NCBI GenBank assembly: GCA_047495785.1
Contig: JBLDXI010000034.1
Coordinates: 124,001 to 188,000, forward strand
Length of the DNA stretch: 64,000 nucleotides
Reading direction: 5' to 3'
Source of the DNA: Lepidodermella squamata
Lineage: Eukaryota; Animalia; Gastrotricha
The notes under the pieces were generated by a model. That model was not told the origin of the DNA, did not search any database, and was given only the letters and a program-made list of their open reading frames with translations. This document shows, in pieces, positions 51,456 through 64,000 of the stretch (within the stretch, counting starts at the first letter, position 1; every line of letters begins with the position of its first letter). The position numbers and the translations under genes were made by a program.

Positions 51456-52517
51456 AAACCCCGAAGCTTTCCAGACAGAAAAAGACGGGCTCATCCAGCG
51501 TGTGGAAGACGCTTGCAGGGAGTTGAAAGTTGATGTCACGTTCTGAGAGAATCAAAGCATTGGTGATGATCTGATTTGACGAGATAAGAAGAGTTATTGA
51601 AGCCATTTCTGGTGATGATGAATGCATGCGATAGCAAGTTGCTCTATTATTACCATTGGATATGAATAAAAATGCTTTTGGCTTCTCAATTTTTGTTTTT
51701 CAATGAGAAAAGTTCAGAGCTCGTGTTTTTCCTATTTCGTAAAATAATTTTGTGAGTGGAACCTAATTTGCGGAACCTGATTTCGAGTAATTTTTGGAAT
51801 TTTCTTCTGGCCAGAAATAACTTTTCGGATGTTTCTTGCGGGTCAAGATTGGCCTTAATAATTCTGAAATAATCCCCAAAAAATTGAGCGTAAAATGCTC
51901 AATAGGACAGAGTGTTCAATTCAGAACTCATTCTTCGCTTAAAATTGTTAAAATTGTTAAAACATGACTCTTCGCACATTTCAACTTTGGTTCCGCAAAA
52001 TGCAAATATGGTTCCGCTGCCCGTGAATTTGGATCCCCTTTACTCGGTTTTTTTATCGCCAAAATTAATAATTTAAGACTCTTGAAAATACTGTAAAATA
52101 GCCCTATTCCTTACTAGCAAGCATTTACACTTCGGAAAAAAATTTGTAAAAAGAAAAATATGATTCAACGTTGAAAATTGAAAGGAGGTTTAATAAAAAT
52201 GCCCTTTATTTTCAGTTAAACTTGACTTTGAAAAATGCTTGAAATAATCCTGACAAAAAGGGAGAACGGGGAACTTCAAGCTGGTTTGGATGTGAGGATT
52301 TTCATTCTTTGATCATATCTTTTCGCCGACTTCTCAAATTTTGGGACATGATCGCGTGTAAAAAATCAGGACACCGGAGAAAATTTCAAAAAACTACTTG
52401 ATTAAATTAGAAAATATTAGCAACTCCATATACAACCGTATCAAAATTTTATTTACTCATAATGTATCAAAAAAATTAACAAAAATCAGAAAAATCAATT
52501 CACAATCAATTATGAAA

Positions 52518-54768
52518 TTAGTCCCAATCGTCTCCAATTAGTTCGTAAGCCGTCGATAACGATTGACGAGAGGGCGAGCTCGACGACGACGAAATAGCAA
52601 CCGATTCTAGATCAATATTCTCCTTAACACCCTGCTGCTGCTGCTGCTGCGGTTTCGCCGCAAAAGCCGCCGAAACACTCGGGCCCGGGTCGTTATTCTC
52701 AACGCCCGTAATTTCGATAATCGACTCAACCGAAGACGATGATGACGATGAGATAGCAATTGAACTCCGCGGCGACGTTCCGCCAATGCGGAAAAGCGCT
52801 AGACTTTTGCTTAAACTCGGCTGCTTTCGGCTCTTCTTTCGATTCAACTTCGGTTTCTTCTCCGCACTGGCTAGGCTGGCATTTGTTGCCGAACTGAACA
52901 GCTGCACGGGCTTTTTCGAGCGGCGAGGCCGCGACGAGGCGATCGAGCTGGGTACGCTTTGAAGAGCGTTGTCGCTGAATAGGTCGAGATTAGGCCGGCG
53001 GTGCGTTGATCGATTGCGGCGGGAGGTTGACGGCTGATTGTCCCGATCTAGGTCACTTTTACTCGCATTGCGGCTTGACGCCTAGATAATAATAATAAAA
53101 AAGAAGCGAATATTATAATCTTGAGCAATGAGGTCAACTATTTTAAGAATATTTAAAATTAAATTAAAAATTATAATTGTTTATAGAATTTTGCGATAAT
53201 TGATGAAAATTGTTTTTACAGCGTGTCCCTCGCGTCGCTGTTTGAATTTATTTTTGAAATTTCAAAATTCAATTTTTGGAATTTTTTCGAAAAATTAAAA
53301 ATATAAAGAGAATAATAATCAAGAATGTCACTTGTTAATGGGATCAAGACGTCCGGATAAATTTTTTCCAACCGGGTAACATTACCGAAAATTACCGAAC
53401 CAGTTACCGTCGGGGTTTTCCGGGTTTTCTCAGCTAATTTTATCATTTCCTCGGTTAAATCGCGGAGAACAGATTGGAGGATTTTTTAAGGATTGTTAGC
53501 GTCGATTTTCGATTATTCGACATTTTACCATTATTTTTTCGAAAATAGTGCACCCGCGGGGGTTAATCGATTTAGCTACTTGTCACATCGCTGGAGAAAA
53601 ATTCATGTTGACTGTTGAAATTGGAAAAATCACCGATTTTTAAAATCGATAATTAATGATAAATCAATAACTGACTATCGATAGCTCGAAAAATGCGTAA
53701 TAAGGAGACCATGAGTTGAGCCCGAATATCGAATCCAAATTCGAAAAATCCACGTTCCCTTGCTGGAATGCTAATTCGTAAAATGATGGTAGAAAACGAG
53801 AAAACTTGAAATTTGACAGACACTACAAAAATAGGACTGAAATAGTTTCAAATTATCTCTCGTTATATGCGAGAAAATTTGGAAATATTTCCGACTTCGA
53901 ATATTTACATTTTACAAATCGACTAAAAGTGAAATCGAGAATTTGGGTTCAATCTCTTTGCATTTTTTCTGGTCATTTTTCAACGGTGCATTTTGAAAAT
54001 TAAATTTTTCTCTGGTAATTACCGTTCTCTCGACGGAAATATTCGAGTTTTGACGATGAGTCCGCATTGAATAGTGAAGACCACGGCCGCGGCTCAATTT
54101 CCACTCCTTGCGTCCAACATCACTCTCGCTCTTCTGAAAACGAGAAAAAGTTAAAAAATTGAAAAATTAAAAATTAAAAATCGGGAAATTTACCGCAGGC
54201 GTCGACATATTCGAGTGCTCACGCGACGACAGCTTTCGCACCAATTTGAACGTAACAGCTATCTAAAATAAAATCGAGAAATTTAGAAAAAAATGCAGGC
54301 AAATTCTTTGAAATATTTTCACCTTGGATTTTTGTTCCTTAGCCCGGCTGGAAAAAAAGATTAAAAAAATAGTCCAGCAAATGGGCCAAAAAATTAAGGC
54401 GGAAAACTCACTCGATGCGCTCTTTTTCCTTAAGGCTGGATAAGTTATAGAAAAAATTAACAATTAAGCAACAATTCAGGAAAAAATGCGAACTCACTCG
54501 AAAATGCGTTTAACAACGAGTTCAAGGTCGTGATCGATGCCGCCCTCCTCGACGATGTGCTTGCAAGTTTCCTGCAGTAGATCGGCCCGCGTTGAAAGCG
54601 CAAATTTGTTCTTGTCCTGGTGGAAGTAATCGCACAGCAGCGACATCAAATCACTGCGCCGCATTTCGGCCAACAAATGCTGAGATTGAAAAAAAACATA
54701 AATAATAGTAATTAATAATTAGTAATTAAGCCCTCTACCTTGACATGGGAGATGTTCAAAGAATCCAT
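52518..54768 (-). CDS. Multi-exon hypothetical protein, helical N-terminus and Ser/Arg-rich disordered C-terminus
   Basis: ATG 54768 (MDSLNISHVK), GT-AG exons about 54498-54680, 54412-54435, 54194-54262, 54023-54132, last exon 52518-53082 with basic KKPKLNRKKSRK and hydrophobic-acidic motifs. Confidence 0.6.
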
Positions 54769-55956
54769 TCCACGAGAATTACTTCAAATATTGAAGAAGA
54801 GAAATACTAGAAATTAAAAGGAATGCAAAATTACTGGCTTTCGCACTGTTCAGGCTATAATAAACTTCACCGAACCGTAAATAAGGGTCATTAAAAGTGC
54901 GCGAGGTCAAGTCAATCAGGAAGTGCGCAGGTTGCGCGCACGCCATAAAAGCGCGCACCCACGCAGTTGAATTAATGGTCTTCGGTCGAACTCGAAAAAA
55001 TAGTGAAAGAAAATCGGGCAATTATTTGAGGGATGCAATAATTAACCCCGAGCGGTCACATTATCAATTTAATTTTGGGTGTTATTAAATCTGATATTCG
55101 GCGATTTCGCAAAGATTTCCTTCCATAATTTTACGGCTCCAGCGATAGATTTTCTCAAGATAATATGGTTTTTCGAGTTTCACTTTCCCATAAAATCTAA
55201 CTGCTTTGATTATCAAAGCAAATTTTGATTTAATTTCAACATTGCGCGTGTTTTTCGCTATCGGCGGTCAGTTTACGAGCTATAATTGCGTCGATATCGA
55301 TTTCTAGCATCGATTTTGCAAATCAGTGATTTTTCCGATTATCAGCAGTCTACGAAACAGGAAACCAATATTAATCATTCCGAGGGTGTATCGCTATCAG
55401 TCCGGGATTAAACCGAGAAAAACAGGTAAGTTATTTCAGAGATGGGGACGGGAACAAATCAATGACACAAATCAATCGAAAGGAAACCAATGATTCAGCG
55501 TGTCCCATAATTATGCCACTTGTCCATGGGATTCAAAAAAACCCGGGGAAATATAACGTCCAACCGGGTAAAATACCACACATTACCGAAAATCGGGATT
55601 TTCCGGGAAATTTTTCGGTAAATTTCAAATTTCTTCAAATTCACGGATAAAAAATGGAAGATTTTCAAAGTAGTTTCAACTTCGTAAAATTAAAATGCAC
55701 AAAATTTCCTAAAAAATCCAAAATTTAAAAATTATGATACGTCCAAAAAACGCCGCTAAATTTGAAATGTAGCAATAAATTGTTTTATTTTCTCCCGTAG
55801 GAAAATAATCAGCTCAAAGATCAATGTCATGAATTTAAATAAAGATTTGAAGCGATATAAATCACAAGTGATCATTCAGCAAAAGCGAAAAAAAGTATTG
55901 AGAGAAATTATCCAGTTCGTTGTTTCTCAGACACGGCATCTCAATTAGCCCACCAA

Positions 55957-58900
55957 TCAAGAGCTCAAACAGGTGTTCCAGTTCGATGAGAAATCTTCAG
56001 GATTAGGCGGGTCAACTTTGAATACACGATCCTGGTTAAATTACAAGAATGACAAATCGAAATTTTGAAATAAATTTTCAGAAAATAATTACTAACCGGG
56101 TAATAGGCGGGCGGGCAGGTAGGCTGGCCGCTATCGTTACTCGCTACGCATTCGGGTGCACCACCAGGTGTAACGCAACGCAGGGCTCGCTAAATACAAG
56201 TAAAAAATCGAAATTTCATCATTTTCCAGATTTGTTGAAATTTAATTTTGAATATTAAAATTAAAATGGAAAAAATCTATCAAATTACATTTACCTACAC
56301 TGAAATATTTTCAATTTTTTCCAATTTTTCAAAATTAAGAAATTTGAAATTTCAAGATTTTGTAGAGTAAAATTCCAAAATTCTAAAAAATGCAGCGCAA
56401 CGCAGGACTCCCTACAAATCATAGTAAATTTTTTTGTAAATTGGTTCAAAATTAAATGTTTAATTTTTAATTTCAACATTTTAAATTTATTTTTCAAATG
56501 TTGAAACAATTTCGATCTGAAATTTCATGATCCTATAAAATTTTAAAAAGTTTCGGAAACACCTTTGCAAAAAAACTGACCCCCAAATTGCATTTCGCCT
56601 CGCTTTCATAGACGTGAGGGTCGCCCCAGATTGTCGCAAAAGGTGAGCTGCACGGCTGGATGGCCGGTTGGCAGCCGCTGAATGTCTTGTCCGCGTTGAA
56701 GCACCGGCGATAGGGTACTAATAATAAAACGCGATAATAATCGTGAATTTTCGCGGAAAAAAATTGAATTATTTACCCGACTCGCATTCGCGGCGATTAT
56801 TCCAGCGAGGCAAGTCCGAAGTGAGCTAAAAATATTTGATGACAAATTAAAAAAATTTAATATTTTCGAAAATTGAAATTATATTTTTTTGAAATTTTTT
56901 TGAAATGAAATTTTACCATGTTACCCGGGCAATCGACTATTGTTGGGACGCATTTAGCTTCTTGATAGGTCGGCGAAGTTGGCGTGTAGTCGAAACACAG
57001 TTGGTGAGGAATCTGAGCAGGAAATAAAATGAATTTTTTTTTGAAAAGTCTCTCATAAATTTTGGTAATAAATCTTACCGGAAGTGGAGGATCTTGCGAA
57101 ATACAACTTTGCCAGTTACCATAGATATCGGACGATGGTAACGAGTAGATCTATTTTTTAGGGCGAAAATTGAATTTTTCTCGAAAATATTTATTTTTCA
57201 ATTACAAACCGAGAGAGAGCCGGGCGGGCACGGCGGAACAGTGCCGACATCTTCAACACAGAACCCATCGCCAGATTTTGACAGGCAGTAAGCTACAGAC
57301 TAACATTGGAAAACGAAAAAAATGTGTAAGAATTTGTCAAATTTCGAAAAAAATCAACTTACGCCAGCATAGCAGGCGTCCCAAATGAAAATATTTGTTG
57401 ATTTCTGAATAAAAACGATTAAATAAAAAATCAATTTCTAATAGGTATTTCTTACCGGTCTCGCAGTAGTCCAAGTTGCCGCGACTGGAATACAGTCGAC
57501 GAAATTTCCAGCGGCGTCAAATCGGTGTTGTAGCGGTTGAGTTTCGCATTCAATTTTCGTAGCAAATGGGGCGAGAGGCGTTTTATCCTGAGTAGAAAAA
57601 GTTGGATTAAAAAAAAAAGTGGGACATTTCTTCAATGTCTTACATCAGCGTTGGGACATTTCACGTCTACAGAAACACATGTACCCAATCCATCAGTTTT
57701 AACGCACAGCTTGTGTGGCTTCTGCAAGAAAAAAATGTATTTTTTCATGGAATTCAAAAATTTCAAAATATTTCATAATTTTGAAAATATTTAAAAAATT
57801 GAAAAACAAATTTCACCATTTTTGAAAATTTATTTAATTTCAATTTTATACCATGTCGGCTCGACAAGCCAGGTAATTATCACGCAGCAAAGTTGACGCT
57901 TTGTATTCAAACTGAAAATGATTACAAAAAAGTAGAAACAAATATTTTCTTTTATATTTTGAAATTTATTTACAATGCGAATGCACCCCGGGCAGTCGTC
58001 CGCTTCGCCGGCCTGGCACGCATCAACCGATTTATCACCAGTAAAGCAAAAGACAGCAGCCTATTTGTCAACTAATTTTACACACAAAAAAATCGGAAAT
58101 TATTGCATTTTCTTACCGAATTAACACAGTCAAGTCGTTTCGGGTAATATTGCCGGCGGCCCTGGAATAAAATATTCCGTTTAAATTTACGAATTTCAGA
58201 AAATGTGTCGAATTTACAGTAGCCATTCCAGAGCCTGGTTCACGCCCTATCGCGCATCCCGCAAACTCACCGCTCGGCGAAAGTATAACAGGAACGTGAT
58301 TTTGATCTATAGCGAAGATTTCATCGTCATTTTTTCCTATAAAATTTCACGAAAAATTCGAACCTGCGAGACAGCTAGCCAGATTGTCAAAGGCCTGCGT
58401 TGTGTCGGGTAGCTTCAAAAAAAATTAAAAAAAATCAAATAAACATTCCAGCGCAAAATTCATAAAAATAAATTAATCGAAATAATTAAAATATATAAAA
58501 ATAACTTGGGACAAATTATTTGAATCATCAAAACACGTATGGTTTTGTCCAAAATTCCAAAATTTTCAATTGTAAAATTTCAAATTTAGCTTTACAATTC
58601 AGAATTCTTCAACAAAATTACAGTATTTTTTGAATATTTAAGATTTAAAATTTCAATTATAATATTTTGGTTTAATTTACCGCGTCGAGTGGACATTCCT
58701 TGCCATCAGGAGCACAAGCCACCACGTCGCCGTTCACGTTTACGCAAGGGTAGTGCTTGAACTGATACGGAAAAAATTCAGTAAAATCAACACTTGGTGG
58801 GTGAAACGAAGAGATTATTTTTACCGCAAGTTCTAAGGTTTCGCAAGTTCGCATGCTTGCCGAAAACAACTCGCCAGGGAACTGGTCTCCCACCTTAAAA

Positions 58901-61900
58901 AATTGTCGTATTTCTATGTCATTTTACGAGATATTCATTAAAATCGCACTCGTTGGGCCTGTGGGCATTGCTCAGCCGAGACACACTTAGTTAGACCGGT
59001 TTCTGGGTAGTAGCACTGGTGGACATACTGCGAAAAAAATTGTTTAAGAACAATTTCGAAATAATGAAGTTTTAATTACGCCGTGATCACATTCGCTGGA
59101 ATTTCCGTAGATAGCCACGTTTGCCGAACTGATCTCGAAACGGCAAGGCTTAATAGCCGGCTGGCAGCCTTCGAAATGACCGCTTCCGTCAAAGCAACGG
59201 CGCAGGAAAGCTGAAAATATTCGAAACTTATCGATTATTTTTTCAAATAACGAACAAATTCCGAACCCCCGAAACCCGGAAAAATCCCGATAGTTCGGTA
59301 ATTATCGGTTATTTTACCCGATTGGACCAAATTTATCTTGATTATTTATTCCGATTTTCCCCGATTTTAGTTGTAGTCACCTTACATACTATTTTTTAAG
59401 CTAGAATTTTCGGATCTCCCAGCAATGCGAAAAATACCGAAATTTCGGGTATTACCAGGGTTTCCCTTGCACCCTCACACATTTTTGCAGGTAATTGACA
59501 AATTGAACCTACGAAGGGCATTTGTGATTTTACCGAGGAAATTGCAAGTTTCCCGAAAAAACCCGGAAAATACCGAAATTTCGGGTATTACCGGGTTTTC
59601 TCTAAAATTGTCAATTTTCAGCGCTTACAACAACAATTAGGTGAAAAAATGTGTCGGAAAACTTACTCGTCTCACAGTACGTCTGGTAATCGGCCTTGAA
59701 GCTCGTCGCCACCATGCCGCTAGGGCAGAGCGGACTGCCCGGGACAATTTCAGGCGCGCAAACCGCAGTCTGCGCCGAGGTCGAATCAACGCACAACCGG
59801 TGCGGGATCTAATCACGAAATAAATTGAATTTTTTCCAGGCAGCTCGTTATATCATACCAATGCTCGCTTATTCGTGCAGCTTTTATACGCGCCTGAGAA
59901 ACTGCCATTCGAAAGTAGATAATCCGCGATCTGTCCCAAATTTAGCGTCAATAAATCGGTAATTTTTGAAAATTAAATTACCTTAGTACTACCCGCTGGG
60001 CATTCTCCGCCAACTAATACGTAGTCAAGGCAATGGCCGTTAACATGACTGAGACAATCTTGAGGGTTCTGATAAATAATTGAGAGAAAATTATAAAAAT
60101 TAATTTTTTTTCGATTTTCTTAAAAAAAATAACCAACCTTTGCCGATCGACAGAATTCGCTCGCGTCACGGACATAGCAGAAAATCAGGCCCTGAAATTG
60201 AATTCAATTTTTTTCAATTTCAACCAAAATTCAAATCAATTCACCTGTGATGCCTGGCAGCGTTCAACTGAAGGATAAATTGTCGCATCGTTCCACTGAA
60301 AATTAATTGAGAATTATTTTTATATTTGAATAAAATTTCGCGACCTACCACGTGATTCGGCTCGAAAATTCCGGTATTAACCGCCGGAAAGCAGCCGATG
60401 AATGTGCCACTTTTAGAATCAAAAACACGCCGCTGAGCACCTGTAAAATTTTGATTTTAATACCCAAACAATTGAAAATTTCACAGTAATTTGTTTCAAT
60501 TTTCGACCATAATTTTTATTATTTTTTTCATATTAAGATTAGTACCTTTCTGGCAGGCTGGCAGGCTTTCGAATCTGATATCCGGGACCTCAGTGCCAAT
60601 AGCACAGTCAGCATTTGCCGGAATGCAATTAGCTTGGTAATAAGTGGCCGAAGATTCACTCGCGTCGAAGCAAACTTTGTGCTCGAGCTGAAAACAATTG
60701 ATACAATTTTTCAATAATTTTTCTTGGTAATTAGTACCAAAGTTGCAGGATCCATGCATGTTGAATAGGCGGTTCGGAAATCATTTTCGTCGCTTTCAAA
60801 TCGCCAAACCTGATTTATCGAAAATTTATTGAAAAAAATCGATTTTTCGAATTTTCGTTAACAAAATTACCGGATTTGAGCCCTTGGGACAATTTTCGCC
60901 TTCGGTAACGCAAACTCGTTCACCAGTCGAAGACAAACACAAAACAGCCGCCTTAGAATGACGGAAAATTAGAAATTAAATTGTAATAGCGAAAAATAAA
61001 TACCCCAATGCTGCAGGATTCAGCTCCATCAAAAATTATCGGTTCGCCACTCTGGAAAATAGAAATCATTCATTTCTTCAAAAATTCTGAAAAAAATCAA
61101 ATTACAATAAGTCGCATTTCTTGCCAATAATCACACGGCACGACAGAACTTTGACAGCCCAAAAAGTCGCCAGTTTTGCGGTTAAAGCAACGAATGAAAG
61201 TTCCTTAAAAATCGGAAAAAAATGTAAAAATATTAGCGAAAAAAATTAATTCTACCAGTCTCGCATTCAGCTCGTCCGTTATAAGGTACAAGATTCGGCT
61301 AAGGAAGAAAATTAACAAAAAATGCAATTTTAAATTGAAAAAATTTGAAAATCTCGAAAATTGCATACCAAGGCCTCGGCATCTCGATCAGCTGGTACGC
61401 ATCGGATCGTAGCAGCCGGTGGGCAAAAATGGCCGGGTGGGCATGTCGAGGGGATGTAAACCGGGCAATTTTGGCCGACCGGGCAAATTAGCGGCGTGTT
61501 TGAAGGTTCCGGGCAGTTTTGGCCGACTGGGCATCGAATTACGAATGGCTGGGCCGGGCAGTAGTAGCCAGCAGGGCAGACAACACGCCGATATGGACCC
61601 TACAAAATTAGTAATCATTTAAAAATCCGATAAACCATTCGAAATCATGAAATTTTAAAAATTTTAATGAAATTTTAAAAATTTTAAAATTTTAAATTAA
61701 TCAAAAATTTAATTCAAAATTTTCAAAATTTTAAATTTTTTAAAACTTACAACTTGGCCTCTGCATTCAGCAAAATTCTCGCTGTACAAGTTTCCGCCAT
61801 CGAACGTAATCTGATATGAAAACAAATTTTAACTTCAATTTCAAATTTCAAAAATTTAGAAAAAATGAATTACCGCTGTTGTATCATTAACAGGGCAATC

Positions 61901-64000
61901 GGTTGCAACTCCAGATAAGCATTGCCTGGCTAGAGATTGCGGGTCGCTGAGCGATAGCCCAGTCAACGTCACATCCGGCGAGTAGCAACGAACAACAGGC
62001 TGATTTTTCGATGGAAAATTAAAATAAAAAAAATTATAATATCCGAAATACCCCAGTTTCACAATCCAGCTTGCCCGAGTACACCTTGCTGTCAACGTAC
62101 TGAGAGAAAATGAATATTTTTCGAAAAATTAAGGTGGAATTGTTGAATTCAACTCACGTTAGAAGAGCCAGTTGGACAAGAATTGAAGCAGCCGATGAAA
62201 TCGCCCTGCATGTCGTGGCATCGAACATGCGAGACACCTGCAATTAAAATTTCATAAATTTCAAAAAATTCAAAATTATTAAAAATAAATTAATTTCGAA
62301 ATTAAAATTTTAAATAATATCTGCGAAATTTGAGAACATTTTTATGAAATTACCTTGAAGACATTCAGCCAAAGTGTCCCTTTGCCCATCTTCACTAGTA
62401 ATCTGAAATTATTTTAAAAAAATTATTCCCGATTCGACAGAAATGGCGAATTCAAAATTGTCTCACCTGGCCGAGAGGGCACGATTTACCAGCGGGATGG
62501 CAGCCAATAGGCAAATTCGACTGCGAGTCAATACAGAATTGATGTCGCGCCTGAATTTAATAGAAAATTCAGTCTTCAGATTTGACCCCCGAATGATTAA
62601 TTTTACCAGGTCACGTCCAGAGAGGCATAAATCGTAATTTTCCTTGAACGTTCCCAAAAACATCGGCAAGGCAACTTTCTCCAACGAGGAAGGGCAAGTG
62701 TCCCCGGCGTAGCACGAATGGGCGCCGGTTACGTAGCTGTCGTAGCAGTGAACAACGCCCATTTCCTGCGGAATCGCCGCGGTCATGCAGTCGTCAGGAG
62801 TCAAGAAAATTCGAGGAGTAATAGCCTAGAAATTTTTCATTATTTTCGATTTTAAATTCTTTTCAATCGATGGTTATACCGTTTGCACCAGTTCCCATTT
62901 GCAAGGATAAATGGCTTTTTGACAGCCTTCAAACGCGCCACTCGAGTCGAAGCAACGACGGAACGACCCTAGAAAATATCGACAATTGTTGAAAAAATTG
63001 TAAAAAATTATTAAAAAATTTTAAGGCTCCAAATACATCAATGTAAAAGGAATTTCCAGGGTGATTCAAATATTTAGAAATTTCAAAGTTTATTAGTTGT
63101 TTATCTCTCCTAAAGAATTTCGAAATTTTTCGCAAAATTTTGAAATTTTAATTTGAGCCCTGAAAGGGTAATATCGGAGAATCAAATTTATAAACTCGAA
63201 ATAATCACCATTTTCACACGCTCCTCTCGATGGGAAAAACGAGCCATCTTTCTGAAGAATGACCTAATTTTAAAATAAAAAAATCAATAATAATTTCAAA
63301 TATTTCCACGCAGAATTTTACGATGTTATTCTCTGGGCAATTGATATTTTCCGGCACACAGAAAGCTTGCATTGAAGTCGCAACATTGTATCGATTATCG
63401 AAGCACATTTTGTAGTTGATCTATCAGTTTGAAATTTTCAGAATTTAGGTGGATTTCATTAAATCGAATTTCTTACTGCAGCGGTCGGGTCGATGCATCT
63501 AGCGTAATTCTCAGCAAATGTATCCGCATACGTATAGTTCACGATCTGGTAGAAAAAGTTGAAAACAAAATTTCAAATAATTTCTCATCAAATATAACTT
63601 ACAGATAGCGAGCCGTCGGAGCACGACTTAATGTCAGTCACGCATGACCAAGTTCCGGTAGGAGAAACACAGAACGTGACACCCTGTTGTAAACGAAACA
63701 AAAATTATTCTCAAATTAAAAGGAGAATTCACAGAAGCAAATAATAAAAATGTCAAATTTCCGATTGAAAATTCAAAAATTCGATTCTCAATAATCTTTG
63801 AAGAAAGCATTGAAATACGGTCAATTCCAGCTGTTGAAAGTTACAAATAAAAATTAACAGAATTAACTTGGATTTCAATTTTTGAAATTTTCTAGAAATT
63901 CGAACTAAAATTGGATAATTCCAGCAGAAAAATCTAACAAAAAAATAGAAAATTGCGCGAGACTTGCCCCAGAATTGCACGTTTCCTTGCTCCTCGAATA
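55957..64000 (-). CDS. 3' part of a very large Cys-repeat protein encoded by dozens of micro-exons (5' end outside the window)
   Basis: Many 30-130 bp GT-AG exons encoding [RLV]C[FY]D...C...CP and F...Y..C half-repeats (e.g. KVCFDASESSATYYQANC, YADTFAENYARC); last exon ends WNTCLSS-TGA at 55957. Confidence 0.8.

Noticed and set aside
59260-59600. ttaccgaaa/ccggga motif tracts (also about 53350-53430 and 55540-55620)
   Set aside because: Probably an ordinary dispersed MITE or minisatellite family; boundaries not definable by eye.
61388-61618. ORF-track Pro-rich peptide (RPKLPG repeats)
   Set aside because: Wrong frame; the splice-consistent frame gives CPxGxxCP repeats.

Overview
AT-rich eukaryotic (invertebrate animal-like) genomic DNA with many short GT-AG introns, so the ORF track shows only exon fragments and genes had to be assembled by hand from splice sites. 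The window is dominated by a tandem family of secreted proteins built from an unrecognised ~45-55 aa four-cysteine repeat. Five complete genes carry five repeats plus two C-type lectin-like domains (CTLDs), and a sixth, 5'-truncated copy keeps only the CTLDs. One gene carries more repeats plus two LamG/pentraxin-like domains. One large gene running off the right edge consists only of repeats in the part visible here. Interspersed are a tandem double-domain dCMP-deaminase-like gene lacking the HAE motif, a probably GPI-anchored LamG protein, a GABA-B-like class C GPCR, a trypsin-fold protease fragment with a catalytic-position Cys, and an unknown Ser-rich protein. Introns hold many TEs (Ty3/gypsy and LINE relics, hAT-like MITEs, a CMC/EnSpm-like element, foldbacks). 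One TIR element sits inside a coding exon and appears spliceable in frame, like an Introner. Exon coordinates were read by eye and may be off by a few bases.
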